From positions 1 to 14,859 of IMG/VR virus record IMGVR_UViG_2675903606_000023: a stretch of 14,859 bases of DNA. The stretch is one strand, 5' to 3'. The DNA comes from a virus. Its lineage: Duplodnaviria > Heunggongvirae > Uroviricota > Caudoviricetes. Both the position numbers and the translations under genes were made by a program. The notes beneath the pieces were generated by a model. It was not told the DNA's origin and did no database searches. It saw nothing but the letters and a program-made list of their open reading frames with translations. Below are positions 14,119-14,859 of this stretch, piece after piece. Numbering within the stretch: the stretch's first letter is position 1; each line of letters opens with the position of its first letter.

Positions 14119-14259
14119 ATTTGTGGTAAATGGGCGGCTGGTGGGTGTTAGGGGCACTCACCAGCCATCTGCTCATGCGTTGTGGTCACAAGCAAACCTC
14201 AGGCCCATCTGCTTTGCGCAAAAGCGGTATGAGCCTATCAGAGAAGTGCTTATTGATCT

Positions 14260-14859
14260 ATGGCTAATACTGTAAAAATATCCAGTTGTGAGTTAATCAA
14301 CGCCGACTGCCTGGAATTTATCCGGTCGTTACCCGAAAATTCTGTTGACCTGATAGTCACGGACCCGCCGTACTTTAAAGTGAAGCCTGAGGGCTGGGAT
14401 AACCAGTGGAAGGGCGACGATGATTACCTGAAGTGGCTGGACCAGTGTCTGGCGCAGTTCTGGCGGGTGCTGAAACCTGCCGGAAGTCTTTACCTGTTCT
14501 GTGGTCATCGCCTGGCATCTGATATCGAAATCATGATGCGTGAACGCTTCAATGTGCTGAACCATATTATCTGGGCGAAGCCGTCCGGACGCTGGAACGG
14601 GTGCGACAAGGAAAGCCTGCGGGCGTATTTTCCGGCCACAGAACGCATTCTGTTCGCGGAACATTATCAGGGGCCGTATCGTCCGAAAGATGATGGCGAT
14701 GAGGCGAAGGGCAGGGCACTGAAACAGCATGTGATGGCCCCGCTGATTTCTTACTTTCGTGATGCGCGTGCTGCTCTTGGGATAACGGCAAAACAGATTG
14801 CAGATGCCACAGGAAAGAAAAACATGGTGTCGCACTGGTTCAGTGCCAGTCAGTGGCAG
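14260..14859 (+). CDS. DNA methyltransferase (N6-adenine or N4-cytosine class, DPPY motif), 5' part only; continues beyond the window end
   Basis: Open frame from ATG at 14260 (first ATG after an in-frame TGA at 14254..14256) to the window edge with no stop; translation contains SVDLIVTDPPY, resembling YhdJ-like beta-class amino-MTases; absent from the ORF track because it is incomplete. Confidence 0.8.
   Translation, partial: MANTVKISSCELINADCLEFIRSLPENSVDLIVTDPPYFKVKPEGWDNQWKGDDDYLKWLDQCLAQFWRVLKPAGSLYLFCGHRLASDIEIMMRERFNVLNHIIWAKPSGRWNGCDKESLRAYFPATERILFAEHYQGPYRPKDDGDEAKGRALKQHVMAPLISYFRDARAALGITAKQIADATGKKNMVSHWFSASQWQ

Larger units (their letters stand above)
1..14859. mobile_element. 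Segment of a lambdoid temperate prophage (integration, early-left, immunity, replication, Q-region modules)
   Basis: Gene order int-xis / leftward accessory operon / cI-cro divergent pair / replication initiator-DnaC-DnaB / Q matches the lambda-family prophage map; tight gene packing with overlapping stops and starts. Confidence 0.85.

Noticed and set aside
14084-14275. Plus-strand ORF 14084..14275 (63 aa)
   Set aside because: Spans the terminator, hairpin and direct-repeat region between the wHTH gene and the methyltransferase; no SD; more likely structured untranslated DNA.
14329-14835. Minus-strand ORFs 14329..14835 and 14567..14791
   Set aside because: Antisense to the methyltransferase frame, which carries the DPPY catalytic motif; Arg/His-rich shadow composition.
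1-14859. CRISPR arrays, tRNA or rRNA genes
   Set aside because: No regularly spaced direct repeats and no tRNA-like T-loop/acceptor patterns were recognised on reading the sequence; the window is densely protein-coding.

Overview
This window reads as an internal segment of a lambdoid (lambda-like) temperate prophage in conventional prophage orientation, probably from an enterobacterial host. All calls rest on reading the sequence and ORF translations by eye; no database search was run. From left to right: (1) an integration module on the minus strand, with a tyrosine integrase (75..1361) and an Xis-like excisionase (1395..1649); (2) a leftward early-left accessory operon (about 1806..5867) of small, mostly uncharacterised proteins, including an Ea22-like protein, a DUF550-like protein, a small membrane protein, an acidic-tailed 64-aa protein and a protein with a C-terminal XRE-type HTH; (3) the immunity switch, with a near-consensus leftward promoter (PL-like), an intrinsic terminator just downstream of cI, a CI-like repressor (HTH plus S24 peptidase, 6014..6703), a divergent operator region with repeated CTTGAT motifs, and a Cro/YdaS-like gene (6837..7127); (4) two Rha-like regulators separated by an approximately 385-bp untranslated spacer carrying hairpin terminators; (5) a replication module, with an initiator gene containing internal iteron-like repeats (candidate ori), a DnaC-like loader and a DnaB-like helicase joined by overlapping stop/start codons; (6) a short nin-like region (coiled-coil protein, DUF968 protein) and a QuuD-like Q antiterminator (13332..13712); (7) downstream of Q, a small winged-helix gene bracketed by two intrinsic terminators, a long hairpin, and the 5' part of a DPPY-motif DNA methyltransferase that runs off the right edge. 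No rRNA, tRNA or CRISPR array was seen. The points most worth follow-up are the uncharacterised gene block next to the immunity region, the terminator-insulated post-Q module, and seven co-oriented Chi octamers in a phage with no recognisable red/gam genes.
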